From: Octopus sinensis
Lineage: Eukaryota
Assembly (NCBI RefSeq): GCF_006345805.1
Contig: NC_043002.1
Span: 76,136,001 to 76,200,000 of the forward strand
Reading direction: 5' to 3'
Length of the DNA stretch: 64,000 bases
The notes under the pieces: model-generated
Database searches by the model: none
Seen by the model: the letters and a program-made list of their open reading frames with translations, nothing else
Told to the model about the DNA's origin: nothing
In this document: positions 48,801 through 62,380 of the stretch, piece by piece
Layout: each line of letters begins with the position of its first letter
Numbering within the stretch: the first letter of the stretch is position 1
Translations under genes and position numbers: made by a program

Positions 48801-49721
48801 AAATAAAACTGACATAGAATTCTTCGGGAGGTGCTGTGAAGAAAGAAACCACTGACATGCGAAAGAATTCATATAAATTGATTTAGCTGTTTCAGTCATT
48901 GAACCACGACCATGCTGGGGGTACCACCTTGAACAAATCGAACTCAGCACTTTTTTCTCTCTCTTTAAAGCCTGCTATCTTATGTTTGTCTCTCAGCGGT
49001 GTTTGCGTGTTTGTTTACGTCCCCTGTAACATAGCAGTTCGGCAAGTGACACCAATAGAATAAGGGATCAGACTTCAAATAAGAAAACAAAAAAAAAAAT
49101 ACAAAAAGAAAGAATGGACATGTACTGGGGTCGATTTCTTCTACGAAGTCGGTAGCCCAGCAATGACGGCGTCCAATGTCAAAAACAAGTAAAAGATACA
49201 AGGCAAAAGATTAATAAAGGGGTGTTTAGTAGTAAAAAAGGATGCGAGTCACTGGTTTATACATATGCAACAACATGAACAGAGATATTTCTAGCTTTTA
49301 GTCCTCAGCTAATCTCCTCTATGGATAGTTGTATCAAATCGCAATATTACTTTGATAAATGTTCTATACAAAATCAGTTTGGTAGACAGTTTTCATTTGA
49401 CAGCAAGTATTATGAAGAATATGATAAATCTAAAATACGCCCAGCATTAAAAGTATTAAACAGATATATGATTGCACTTTTTTTTAATGAATTATGCATA
49501 TAAGTAAATTACGTTTGGTACTAAATATCACTACACAATATAAAGGTGAACGTATGCATACAAATACATATATATAACTACATACAAATACATACGTCTT
49601 CATAACTGACTCAATCTAGCTATTTATCAATCTAGCTAACAATCTAGCTACCCATATACACACACATATGTATTTATATATCTACGTACATATGTATATG
49701 TATATATATATTATATAATAT

Positions 49722-49755
<34 letters not shown>

Positions 49756-49807
49756 ATATATATGTATATATATCTTTATATATATACATACATGCATATA
49801 TATATAT

Positions 49808-49841
<34 letters not shown>

Positions 49842-52800
49842 CTTAGATGTATATAAATATATATGCACACATATATATATACTTAGATGTATATAAATAT
49901 ATATATATATCAGAAGATTATGCATGTATGCCTGTATGCATATATATATAGATATATATATATTATATATATTATATATGTATGTATTCTTGTATGTAAT
50001 GATGAGACTAGAGTCTCGTATTTCATATATTCAACTTCCCATGCTTTAAATGGTGTTTTGTTTTGCTTAATTTTTTTTTTTTTTATTCTTTTCGTATTTT
50101 TACGTCTCCATCTGAGTTCTAACGAACAACTCAGCTTTAATATAAAACGGTTTTAAAAATTGAATACATATTCTTGGCTGAAAATTAAAACTTATCAGTA
50201 AGCAGTCTTTCATGTAAGCATTTTAATCATTTTTAATAAAAATTTTTGGAAATATATGCACATTATTTTTCTGCTTTCTCACAAGTTTTAATTCAATTCC
50301 GCCTGTAATTTAATTCGCTGTTTTGGTTTGTTTTCTTTATATATTTCGATATTACTGACATGTTCCATCATTCTATGCCTTTTCCCCCCTCGCTCTCTCT
50401 CTATCTATCTTTCTCTTTTCTTTCTTTCTTTCTTTTTTCTTTCTTTCTTTCTTTCTCTCTCTCCTTCAGTTCTATTCTCATTAGACAGTCATTGAAGCTA
50501 AGTTGTGATATTTTTTTGTTGAAAAATATGTAATAAATAAAAATAACTACCACAACAAAGAAGACTGCATATGTAAAAATGGCTACCTTACATAAAAGTA
50601 AATTTTTTTCAAATTTTTAGTTGTTTTTTTATTTGACAAAAAGGAAATAATTTAATTAAGTTTTATGTAACTAATGTCTAGTTAAACGCTATAAGTACAG
50701 GGCAAATTAATAATAATGATGATAATAAAAATAACAATAATAGTTATAACAACAACAACAACGACCGTAATGATAATATTAGAAACAATAACGATCGTCA
50801 TCAGTGTTATCATCATCATCATCACCATCGTAGGCGTCATCGTCGTAATCATTGCAACTCTGAAAATGAAATATTATGACACATCTAGTGAAATTAAAGC
50901 TAATAATGACATGTAAGTTTTGCAAATACACAGGCAATTGTAAAGGAAATTAAGAAATATAAAATAAAATAAAAATTTAAAAAACTACAATTTCCGAGAG
51001 GTAACCTACTCTTTGAAAATTCTAATGTACATTGAGAGATACTTTCTGAATATTTTGTGTATTATTATTTTATTATGTATTTAAATGGGAAAAAAATAAA
51101 TAAAAAATGATAATAATAAATTAGACGGAATTGTGGGATAGAAAATAAAAAAAATATATATAATGTAGAAAACGAATAGAAATCATTTCTGAAAGTGCAT
51201 ACACAGAAAATTATGTAAACTCTTACATGATGTGTGTGCATGTGTGTGTATATATATGTATATAAATATACATATTTATATATATATGTATGAGCATGTG
51301 TGTGCACGTATGTGTGTGCACATGAAACATATAAATATATTTTAGCATTTATACATATTTTTTTTACATATGCACCTATGTTATATGCCTGTAATTTATG
51401 AATGTTAGCATATATGAGTGCGTGTATATATATATGTATATATATATATATATAATATATATATGCATATGTGCGTATGTATGTTTGCATATATATATAT
51501 ATATATATACATACGTATATATGCATGTATATATATAAATATATATATATATATCTCTTTGCATTTGCGTATGTATGTTTGTGTGTATATATATATATAC
51601 ATATATATATATATTGTGTGTGTGTGTGTGTGTGATGTGTTGTGTACATTTGAATTCGGAAAGAAAAATACTCAATGCAAAATTCTTGCTCATTTTTTAA
51701 AGGAGGGAGCGTTGTTTCTTTTGTAAGTGTTGTTGCAGTGCTGTAATTATTCTCCATTACTACTTTAAGTTTTGTGAGTGGTATTTATATGTACCATTAT
51801 GCATACACACACACACACATACACGCACACACACACACATGCACACACATATATATAAATATATATATTTATGTACATGTATATGTACATATGTATCTAT
51901 CTATCTATCTACCTATCTAGCTAGCTAGCTAGCTTTCTATCTATGTAGCTATCTATTTATATATGTGGAGAACCGCTTTTAGATATTATATTAAAAACAC
52001 ACCTACGTTCATGTTAAATCTCTCTTTTAATAGGGTTTTCCCGTATTAGCATATAATCCAATTGCAGTGTACTTGAAATAATAAAGTTCTTACATCCATT
52101 TATATAGATGTTTCCAGACTATCTAAGCCTCATTAGCAGGATATTAGCTGCTCTTCCTCACTGATATAAGCAGCTTTAATTTATGTTAATTTTACCTCCA
52201 GAATTTTAACCTTAGATTTCCACGTCGCCAGGCACGTATTTTGGCCCAAGCGTATTTAAATAGATACTAGCCTTGTATTTATACACATCACAGCTTAATA
52301 TGACCGCCTCATAATATTTCTTTCAGCTTCGCGCTGTGATAGAGGTATTATTTTTATAATTAATCGTCCATTTTGTTGCGAATTCTATATAGTATAAATG
52401 TTCATTATGTTTTCTATATATCATTGTTTTATGGTGTTTGATGTAGTATGCTTCATATGTTTCTTATTGTAGATACATAGTGAGTCTACGAGAGAATGTT
52501 GTACACATATGGACATAGCAGTTATAAATATAAATTTTACAGTTCTCCTTATTACAATCGTATTCACGAATTATGTTGCTTATTTGTAGATTGTTTTCAG
52601 GTTTACATGTTCAAGATTCAAGAAACGGGACGAATACCGCAAAAGGTACAAGCTACTGTTTTAACGAATCTAATAATTTGCTACCAAGAAAGGAATATGG
52701 AGTGCTTAACCAAACACTACAAGCGCTACAAAGCCAGCATACAGACTAATATACCCAGCTATGAGCTTGAAAATACCTGATAACGTAAACTAAACCGCTT

Positions 52801-52875
52801 TCAGAAATTTGAAATAACACCAGATTACAACTATGGAATTACCCCCAGCGCAATACATGACTTAGAAATACGTAA

Positions 52876-53304
52876 GGCGGCGAGCTGGCAGAAACGTTAG
52901 CACGCCGGGCGAAATGCTTAGCGGTATTTCGTCTGCCGTTACGTTCTGAGTTCAAATTCCGCCGAGGTCGACTTTGCCTTTCATCCTTTCGGGGTCGATA
53001 AATTAAGTACCAGTTACGCACTGGGGTCGATGTAATCGACTTAATCCGTTTGTCTGTCCGTGTTTGTCCTCTCTGTGTCTAACCCCTTGTGGGTAGTAAA
53101 GAAATAGGTATTTCGTCTGCCGTATTTCGCCTGCCGCTACGTTCTGAGTTCAAATTCCGCCGAGGTCGACTTTGCCTTTCATCCTTTCGGGGTCGATAAA
53201 TTAAGTACTAGTTACGCATTGGGGTCGATGTAATCGATTTAATCCCTTTGTCTGTCCTTGTTTGTCCCCTCTATGTTAAGCCCCTTGTGGGCAATAAAGA
53301 AATA
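52876..53304 (+). mobile_element. Dimeric SINE family B inside a single 12-bp TSD
   Basis: A full monomer runs to about 53108, then the sequence restarts at tatttcgtctgccg. The TSD agaaatacgtaa is at 52864-52875 and 53305-53316. Confidence 0.9.
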
Positions 53305-53329
53305 AGAAATACGTAATTTAGAAATATTG

Positions 53330-53522
53330 GTTTCAAATTATTTTGGCACCAGGCCAGCAAGTTTGGGGGAGTAAATCATTCGATTAGATCGACCCTAGTG
53401 CTCACTGGTATTTACTTCATATACTCCGAAAGGATGAAAGGTAAACTCAGAATGTAAAAACGGACGAGATGCTTCTAAGCATTTTATCCAGCGTGCTAAC
53501 GTTACTACCTGCTCGCAGGCTT
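53330..53522 (-). mobile_element. SINE family B, degenerate, inverted relative to the dimer
   Basis: Contains ccgaaaggatgaaaggtaaactcagaatgtaaa and cagcgtgctaacg...ctcgc, the reverse complement of the SINE B head and body. Confidence 0.7.
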
Positions 53523-54070
53523 AACCGATAAAGTAGTATTAACTACACAAATATATTTAAATTCTCCCAGTTTGATATTGCCCAAATATATCTGTACATT
53601 TCGAAGCTTCTACTCACCGGGGATTGGAATTTATATTACGCATTGTGATATTAAAGATAGGGATGTCGATATACTCTTGTACTCTTGAATATCACCGGTT
53701 CCCAACAGATACCAATAATCCATTTCGATGGATTTCTTTGATGAGACACAAAGTTGCGATCTATGCGGATTATTTATTCTGCATAGGCTTAAATCTATAT
53801 TTAAGGAGTTAACTATAGGCCCATGCAAAAATTACTCTCACCAATCTCTATGAGCATAAATAGAGATAATCTGGACAAACTATTGAGAGATTAGCCCGGA
53901 TTCGGCTGTGAAGCTAAGAATATCACTTTGCATCAACGTGGTTTCGTGTTCATTCTCACTACACAGCATCTCATGCAATAGTCCTCTACTATGTCTTGTG
54001 AGTGAATTTAGACTGAAACTGTACTGAAGTCTTCCGCCAAATGTTTGTATGAAATTATCTGTGAGTGTCG

Positions 54071-54153
<83 letters not shown>

Positions 54154-54755
54154 TGCATGCAGGTGTATGTGTGTGTGTTTGTGTGATGGCCGTAGTACAG
54201 TGACTAAAAGGAAAAACATTTTTAGTACTTTTAAAGAACTAGGAGTTGATTTCACAGTAAGTACAAAGAGAGTTAATTCTATTCACGTTATATATACATC
54301 ATAACACAAATAAAAACAGAACGTAGTGAGAGCAAAACTGAATGTTCATCTACATTGAGACGAGTTCCAACTACTCTCTCTAAATCTTTCAAAACCATAT
54401 CAACAATATTAATAGGTTCCTCTGTGTGCTTTCGTATAAATCAACACTTGATATAGCTTCACTCAGCTGTAGCAATGTTCCCGAACAGTAAGTATGTAGA
54501 AAAAGAAATTTATTGTCAAACCTGAACGAGTTAACGAAACTAAAAACCTTATAATTCTAAGAGGATCGTAATTTGGTTTAAATATCCGTACAATCTGAAC
54601 ATGAAATTACAGACGATGTCCTAAATTTAGTTCTGAAATATTTATTTTCCTAAATGTTTCAAGCTATTTACCGAGAAAAAAATCAAAAGTTATTCATCAA
54701 AAAGGTACAGCATAGTATAGGTATCATATCAAGATCAGATGATGATCAAGGTGTA

Positions 54756-55590
54756 CTACTCTGGCTGGGCCTTCTCCATCGCCTTGACGTGATACATGTT
54801 GCCCATCATAAACATTAGCCCCTTAAAGTTATCATGTGACGGGGTGGTTCTCTTGGCCCTCAAAATATCTTTGCCAGTAGAGAATAGGTGCTCAGCTGCA
54901 GCACTGGATATTATAGTGGTGTTATACTTTGTGAACAGGTCGATCAAAACCTGCCCACTGAACAAGGCGACTTCAGTCAGGACCCCCTTCGCGACGGCCT
55001 CCGGACAGGTTTTCACCAAGTTCTGCGCCTTGGACTTCAGTGACCTGTGGCTCCTGCTCTCCCGCAACCGAGTGACGTTGCTGAAGAAATCACCTTCTTC
55101 ATCTTCATTGCTGGTAATACTGCTTCCCTCCTCATTGGTCTTCATTAGGGCTGTCTCTACGACAGTCTCCATGGCGTTTGTTACTCTGCTAACCTAGCTA
55201 TTATTATACTGCTCCAGCCAGAACAGGCGAAACTTGGGGTGGGAGGCAGCGGCTAGCTGGCACTCCAGATCTTCTTGTAGAAGCCCAAACCTTTTCGTGA
55301 TGTCTTCCAGTATTGTGTCCACGGGAGGACTGCAGCAAAGGAGATGTTTGAATTTGGCCTCCTTCAATATCATAACGGTAGCTGACACAGTTGGTTAAAG
55401 GCTCCTGAGATAGGTCTGGTCCTCCTAATAGATTTTATCCAAGGCCTTAACATTAGACATCATCTGGGCGTACTCCGTCAGGAAGCCGACATCAGAATCA
55501 GTGAAGGTCTGCAGTTTGAGCTGTGTCAATATCCTGTAGACAGCTCCTCGATTCTTCGCCAGCAGGTATAGGTTTATAGAGAGTGAATGA
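54756..55590 (-). mobile_element. hAT transposase remnant (C-terminal half)
   Basis: Translates as [40 protein letters not shown], and the dimerisation-domain-like SSAAAEHLFSTGKDILRAKR...DNFKGLMF, with in-frame stops. Confidence 0.82.
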
Positions 55591-55747
55591 TATATCGATA
55601 GATAAACAGACAGACAGAAAAGATAGTAGACAGACAGACTGACAGATAGATAAATAGACAGACGGGTAGGCAGATAGACAGACAGACAGATAGACAGACA
55701 GACAGATAGATAGATGGATAGACAGACAGACAGACAGACAGGACAGA

Positions 55748-55828
<81 letters not shown>

Positions 55829-55888
55829 CAGGTATATAGATAGATAGGAAAATAGATAGGTAGGTAGATAGATAGGAAAATAGATAGT

Positions 55889-55925
<37 letters not shown>

Positions 55926-55996
55926 TAGATAGATAGATAGATAGATAGACAGATATATAGATAGATAGGAAAATAGATAGGTAGATAGATAGGAAA

Positions 55997-56032
<36 letters not shown>

Positions 56033-56041
56033 GATAGATAG

Positions 56042-56079
<38 letters not shown>

Positions 56080-56140
56080 CAGGTATATAGATAGATAGGA
56101 AAATCGAGATAGTATGTAGATAGATAGGAAAATATATAGT

Positions 56141-56186
<46 letters not shown>

Positions 56187-56350
56187 TATAGATAGATAGA
56201 CAGATATATAATAGATAGGAAAATAATAGGTAGATAGATAGGAAAATAGATATATAGATAGATAGATAGATAGATCATAGATAGATAGAAGATAGATAGA
56301 TAGATTAGATAGATAGATATATAGATGATATATAGATAGATAGATAGACA
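55590..56350. repeat. Degenerate (GATA)n/(GACA)n array
   Basis: Directly visible in the sequence. Confidence 0.95.
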
Positions 56351-56654
56351 ATTGCGTAATGGTAAGGAAATACCACGACGCTGATGACACCATTATCATA
56401 ACTCCAGAACTTACTTTTTCCCTCGTCGTTCACAAATCATTGACTTGAAAAATCCTAGCGACTGACTAATGTCCATTGGCAAGCAATAATTTGATAAAGA
56501 TCCCTATTTTTAACATTTTTACCATTTTATTGGACAAAAGAACAAATCGCATTTCTGCGGTAATGGAGAGAACATTGGTGCCAAGTACTATATTCTACAG
56601 AATACAACAAGCAATAATGTTTCCTCCACTAGCAGAACCGATATTGCACGACCA

Positions 56655-56724
56655 TCAGTCATCATCATCATCATCATCATCGTTTTCGTCTTCGCCGCCG
56701 TCCTCATCGGCGGCGGCGGCGTTG

Positions 56725-56787
<63 letters not shown>

Positions 56788-57075
56788 CCATCGTCGTCGT
56801 CTTCGTCGTTGCTGTCGTCGACGTCAGTACAGTCAGATGCAGCATACTGTAATGCCGGTTATATAGTCTATCGGTCAGTGTTACTGCTGCCATTACTTAT
56901 CCTCATCGTCGTCATCATCGCCAACATTGTAGTCGTCATCATCGTCGTCATCGTTGTCATCGTCGTTGTCGTCATCATCATCATAATCATCATCATCATC
57001 ACCATCGTCGTCGTTATCATCATCATCAACAATATCTACTACTGCTGCTGCCTTCACTACAACTTCTTCTTTACA

Positions 57076-57115
<40 letters not shown>
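56655..57115. repeat. Compound (CAT/CGT/TAC)n trinucleotide array
   Basis: Directly visible in the sequence. Confidence 0.9.
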
Positions 57116-57732
57116 TTCTCCTATGTTTCACAGTCACTAACAATAGCCTCTTGTACCAGAAATATCGACATCAGCGCCACTACTGCCACCGCAACCATAA
57201 CCAACAATACAAAATAAAACAAGCACTACCATTACCCCCACCATCTCACCCGTGCCACCCTCGCGACTACCAACATAATTAGTGACTCCACTCCCACGAC
57301 CCACGTTGCCGTCAATATCATCATAAGTATTCAAACCAGTACCATTTCACTAACACCACTAGTACCACCAATATCACTAACATCATTATTCACGACCACT
57401 ACCACTACCAATACTACCAATAAACCATCACAAGCTGTGGCCTATCAGACCTACAGCATTAACTTCTCCCATTATCACCCCACCGGTAACCCTACTGTAA
57501 CCACAACAGACAGCACTATCACAACCACCTTACCAGAAATATTACTACAAACACACAGACCACGTGTTCCTATCACTTCATGGCACTGGTTTCCTGCTAT
57601 AGAGTCTCTGACGGTCCATTTGGCAAAACTGATTTCAGTACGCTCTTGTACCGTTCGTAAAATTTACTGGAGAGCATCATATCTCTCTCTGTTTTCCGTC
57701 TACCTCCCCTCTCTGTCTGTTTATTTATCTCC

Positions 57733-57770
<38 letters not shown>

Positions 57771-59207
57771 TCTTCTCTCTCTCTCTTACTCTAACCACTT
57801 TTCTCATCAAGTGCTGCTTGATGAATTTGATGAGGGGGTGTTGATCTGAGAGAAAAAAAAAGCATTCTCAAATCCTTTCAGTTGCGAATATTATATAATG
57901 TTTTTCACTATAACCAGCATGTAGTAGAAAGATTTCGTATTTTTCTTTGCTAAGAGAATAGAATTTCTGCTCGAGCATGCCCGATGTGTCTATCAAGTAT
58001 ATTCAACTTGATATAGTTCCGAAAATCACCCATGTCTCATGGAGACCTGTTTCAAGAGATCTATCTAAAATACTGGCTTCGTTTGAATAAGCAGTTTGCT
58101 TTTGTCTCGCAACTTGTTTGGGCTCTTATTATTGCTGCCTTCTTTTTTTTTTGTTCTAGATGGCTTCCTGCATTTCTCGATTCTGTCTCCTCCTCATTGC
58201 CGCTATGAGTACCGCGATGGCGCGGTACTGCCGTCGTAGTATCAGACCAGTCTTTGCACTAGCGCATGGCAATCACTCACTCAAACAGTCGTTATAATCA
58301 CATACGGCAACTAGGCGTTCTCTCCGCGCCACCACTCCAATCGACCTCCGATTCACTCCTTCATTAAAGTCTATTATTGACACTATGAAACCTTCTGACA
58401 TATCTATTAATGTATACATAAATACATGGAAGCTTTCATGAACATATGCATGCGCTTGCTAATATGCATATAAGTATATATGTACCAAACCTGAACGTCT
58501 TAACGAGATTAAAATCCTTAAAAGCTGTAAACGGACTGTAAATTTGTCTCTAATTCCAATACAGCCTAAATGTGAATTGGCAAAAAATGTCTGAAATGTA
58601 TTTCTTAAACATTTTCCTACAGACACAAATGTTCCAGGCCATTTAACTGCAAAACATGAAAGTTAACTATAGTTGCATGTTGAGCATGGGGTGAATAATC
58701 ACAGGCAGTAATCACAACAGGGAAATGCAACACAGGAGTAGACCTGCAGAAATTCCATTATCCAAAATAACAAGAGAGAGACTGCACACGATGTATGTGG
58801 TGCTCAAAGGGATCCGGTTTCGATCTCATAGCGTGGCATCGTGGGAATGTAGCCTTGCGCGTGAAATGAGGTAGATAAAACTGTATACAATCTCTCTGGG
58901 AGCTAATGCCTGTATTTTAAAGATATGACCTTGTCACGATGCGTCAAGCTAGTCGCGCCTGAACATTCTCTGTAGAATACTCATCAACATATGAGCTACC
59001 TCAAGCAGCAGATAGTCCAGCTTATTGAAGAACTAAATACTATGGCTGGCGCCGACGGAGACCTAATTACACATGCATGCTCACAGGTATATACGATGTG
59101 TGTGTGTGTGTGTGTGTGTGAGTGTGCGTGCGTGTGTATAAACAGAGAGAGACTCAGACAACCAGACAGATACATACACACATAAATGCTTGTACATACA
59201 TAGCAGC

Positions 59208-59251
<44 letters not shown>

Positions 59252-59411
59252 ATATGCTACTATGTATGTACAATCATTTATGTGTGTATGTACAAGCATT
59301 TATGTGTATATATATATATATATATATGAATGCATTTACGTATGCAGGACACTTTCAACATATACATGCATATATGTATGTATGCTATGTATCAATGTAT
59401 ATATTTATGTT

Positions 59412-59439
<28 letters not shown>

Positions 59440-59462
<23 letters not shown>

Positions 59463-59471
59463 ATATATGCT

Positions 59472-59520
<49 letters not shown>

Positions 59521-59524
59521 ATGT

Positions 59525-59560
<36 letters not shown>

Positions 59561-59740
59561 ATATATGCTTATATATAATATATATATATATATGTGGTGT
59601 GTGTGTGTGTGTGTGTGTATGTATACATATATATATATATAATATATATATATGAAAATATATGCTTATATATATATATATATAATATGTGTGTGTGTGT
59701 GTGTGTGTGTATGTATACATATATATATATATATATATGT
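59440..59740. repeat. Higher-order compound microsatellite, three units of about 97 bp
   Basis: The anchor gaaaatatatgctt occurs at about 59459, 59555 and 59653, each time followed by (AT)n(GT)n-atgtatac-(AT)n. Confidence 0.85.
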
Positions 59741-60444
59741 ACTATATACAGTAAGCGTATGCCTGCATGAAAGATATGTATCATAAAAGTAGATGATCAG
59801 CGGCAATGGTTACCAGTAATTAGAGGCCTACAGCTTCGTTGGAAAAGAAAAGTAAACGAGAAGGAAACGAGAGAGAAAAAAATATGTACAGAGCCAGAAA
59901 TCATTAACGAAATACATATGCTAGACAATTTGAAAGGAATCGACTGAATAGTGGGAGGGGAAGCGGGAGCCGTTTGATGATTCAAACATACTGTGTACTA
60001 TAGCATACTTAGGTACACACTCAAATTTGAAGGAGACAGATATGCTTGTATCTATGTCAATATGTATGTGTATATGGATGTGATTATGTATTTAGATAAG
60101 TATGTATGTATTGCGTATGTCTGTGTGTGTATACACGTGTACTTATACATAGACGCACATACAGAATGCAGGCATACAGATTTCTTTGAGACGTAGAGAT
60201 TTAGCAAGGCACATAAAGAGTGGATGAGTGAGGGAAGGAGGAAAAGAGGAGAGAGATGAACGTACTCACTCACAGGGCGATTTTCGTTCCAAATGGAAAT
60301 CTGGTAGATACATATGTATGTATGTATGCATGCATGTATGTATGTATGTATGTATGTATGTATGTATGTATGTATGTATTATGTATGTATGTATGTGTGC
60401 ATGCATGTATGTGTATATATATATATATTTATACACATATATTC

Positions 60445-60496
60445 GTCTCCGATGAAGGGATATTATTAATTAATATCCTAGAAACAGCTGTAAGAC
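60445..60496 (+). ncRNA. Minimal type I hammerhead motif (family P1), solo copy
   Basis: Reads gtct-CCGATGA-ag-GGATATTA-ttaat-TAATATCC-ta-GAAA-cagctg-TA-agac. The core is the same as at 1738-1785, but the stem II sequence differs and is still paired. Confidence 0.7.
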
Positions 60497-60628
60497 CTTC
60501 TATCTATAAATGCCCTAATATCTATATAGCCTTGGTTTTTTATCTTATTACGCAAAAATTCTTATATACACACGCTGACATAGAACCAATGTTGAACCCT
60601 TTATTCGCATATTACCGAATCTGGAACT

Positions 60629-60699
<71 letters not shown>

Positions 60700-60703
<4 letters not shown>

Positions 60704-60860
60704 GAATTTATAGAGAAGCAAAGACGAAGACAGGTGTACAAAACATGCAAGTGTATTAGTCTGACGCTCGGGAAGGTGAGAAAGTCTTTTACGTTTCGAG
60801 CCTACACTCTTCAAAACAAAGGAAGAAGAGGAAATAAGCAAAGAGAATAAAAAGAGAGAG
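60700..60860 (-). mobile_element. Penelope-like pLTR (family P3) with a degenerate hammerhead
   Basis: The reverse complement matches 39190-39320 (taggctcgaaacgtaaaagacttt...taatacac...gtcttcgtcttt) and abuts (TA)n. Confidence 0.75.
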
Positions 60861-61064
60861 AATATCTATATGAAAGAGTAACAAAGATGTACCGGAGTCA
60901 ATTTATTACGGCCGTTTCAAGCGGCTTCTTTAATTGATTAATGAAAACATTGCATCATTTGATAAAAAAACAGTTCTCGTCAGATGACCGCATATACTTC
61001 AAACATACACACAGACGCAGACCACACCCACACGCGCATGCATGCACATACGCGTTTTATAACG

Positions 61065-61245
61065 TTGCTGAAAGGAAAACTTACGTCGGTTTATGCAAAG
61101 GTAATTTCAAAAGACGATACGCACACCACTAGTCTTCTTTCGGGCAGAGACGAAAATGAACCCATTACGTTGGCTAGCTATGTATGATAACTTGAAGAGC
61201 AACAGCACACCACATACAAGAAATGAAGCATCATGGATGCTACGC
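61065..61245 (+). pseudogene. GIY-YIG endonuclease remnant of a Penelope-like element
   Basis: Translates as RKTYVGLCKGNFKRRYAHH*SSF...TLASYV**LEEQ...K*SIM. Confidence 0.65.
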
Positions 61246-61249
61246 CACA

Positions 61250-62380
61250 GAATGAAAGATGAAGATTACTATAATCAAAAAGGTTAATTGGTGGGGGTAT
61301 GGCCTCGAGATGGCCATAAAGTGGGCCTTAAAGACTTGCACGAGATCACAGAGGAAATTATTCTACCGGAAGACGTTAGGCTAAGAGTGGTGGTGGAAGG
61401 CCGAGCACCAACATGTTTCTTGTGCGGTCAAAAGAGGCACATGAAAGCAAGATACCCCCAGAAAGAAAAAGAGGAGGAGCAGAAGCAAAGTGTGAATGAC
61501 AGAGTGCCGAAGTGGCGGTGCCTGAAGGGGAGAAAGACAAAGAAGAACCATTCACTGTCGTGAATAGGAGGGAAAGGAAAGAGCATGTGAGCTCTCCACC
61601 AGCGAGCCAGAAAAGGATGAAGGAAATAGAGATGGAGGAGACAAAGAACTGGTTCGATACACCAGCAGTACCAACAATAAATAGAAAGTAACGTGGAAGC
61701 AGAAACATCATTGGAACACGTTATAGAGGACATAGACGTTGAGGATTTTTTTAGCGCCCCAATAGAGGAACCAAGAGGAATGACTCACTCGGACAGCCCA
61801 GGTCCGTCGCTGAAACAAACAAATGTAACACAGAGAAAGAACAAGTGATATATGGTCATATACGTCAAAAGTACTGCAATCGAACGGAAGATCACAAAAT
61901 ACAAATCTGTCATGAGGGTTAAGTTTCCACCAGAGAAATATCCAGAACACATCAACGGAATAGTAATCGATAAAGAAAGATATAGCAAACTAAAAGAACT
62001 GTTCGGAAGTAATATAGACCCTTTAGGTGTTAAGATAGAATTCGACGATTTACCATCAGTCGTGGAGTACGAGGATCTGAAACTTTTGATGAACTGTCAT
62101 AAAGAAATTTATCAAAAAGGAAAACAAATAATAAACTTTTAAAAAATAATGCTAAAAGGAAAAAACGAGAGAAAAAGAAAAACTTTTTAAAATTGTATGA
62201 TTTAACTATAAAATGGTACTGCTTGAGGGCGGGGCTCATGCAACCATTTCATCATCATTTATTTTTATTACTTTTATATACATTTTTCATTCGTTTTATG
62301 TCTTTGTCCCACTGTGGTGTTTTGTCTGTCCTTGTGCTGTACTCTCTGTGTTATGGCCGTAGTGCCAAATAAAGAATAAT
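61250..62380 (+). mobile_element. L1/Tx1-like ORF1 remnant joined directly to a 3' tail (no ORF2 visible)
   Basis: LRVVVEGRAPTCFLCGQKRHMKARYP is a decayed CCHC knuckle. An acidic/basic linker and the ORF 61852-62142 follow, then about 240 bp of UTR ending tttgtctgtccttgt...aataaagaat. Confidence 0.6.

Noticed and set aside
55425-56399. 324-aa ORF apparently fusing a repeat to hAT transposase sequence
   Set aside because: Most of it is (TCTA)n read-through that happens to be in frame with a decayed hAT remnant containing stops.
58208-58229. Perfect 9-bp GC hairpin agtaccgcg-atgg-cgcggtact in a CpG-rich patch (58190-58345)
   Set aside because: It is a single short hairpin with no recognisable RNA family or ORF, and is compatible with chance.
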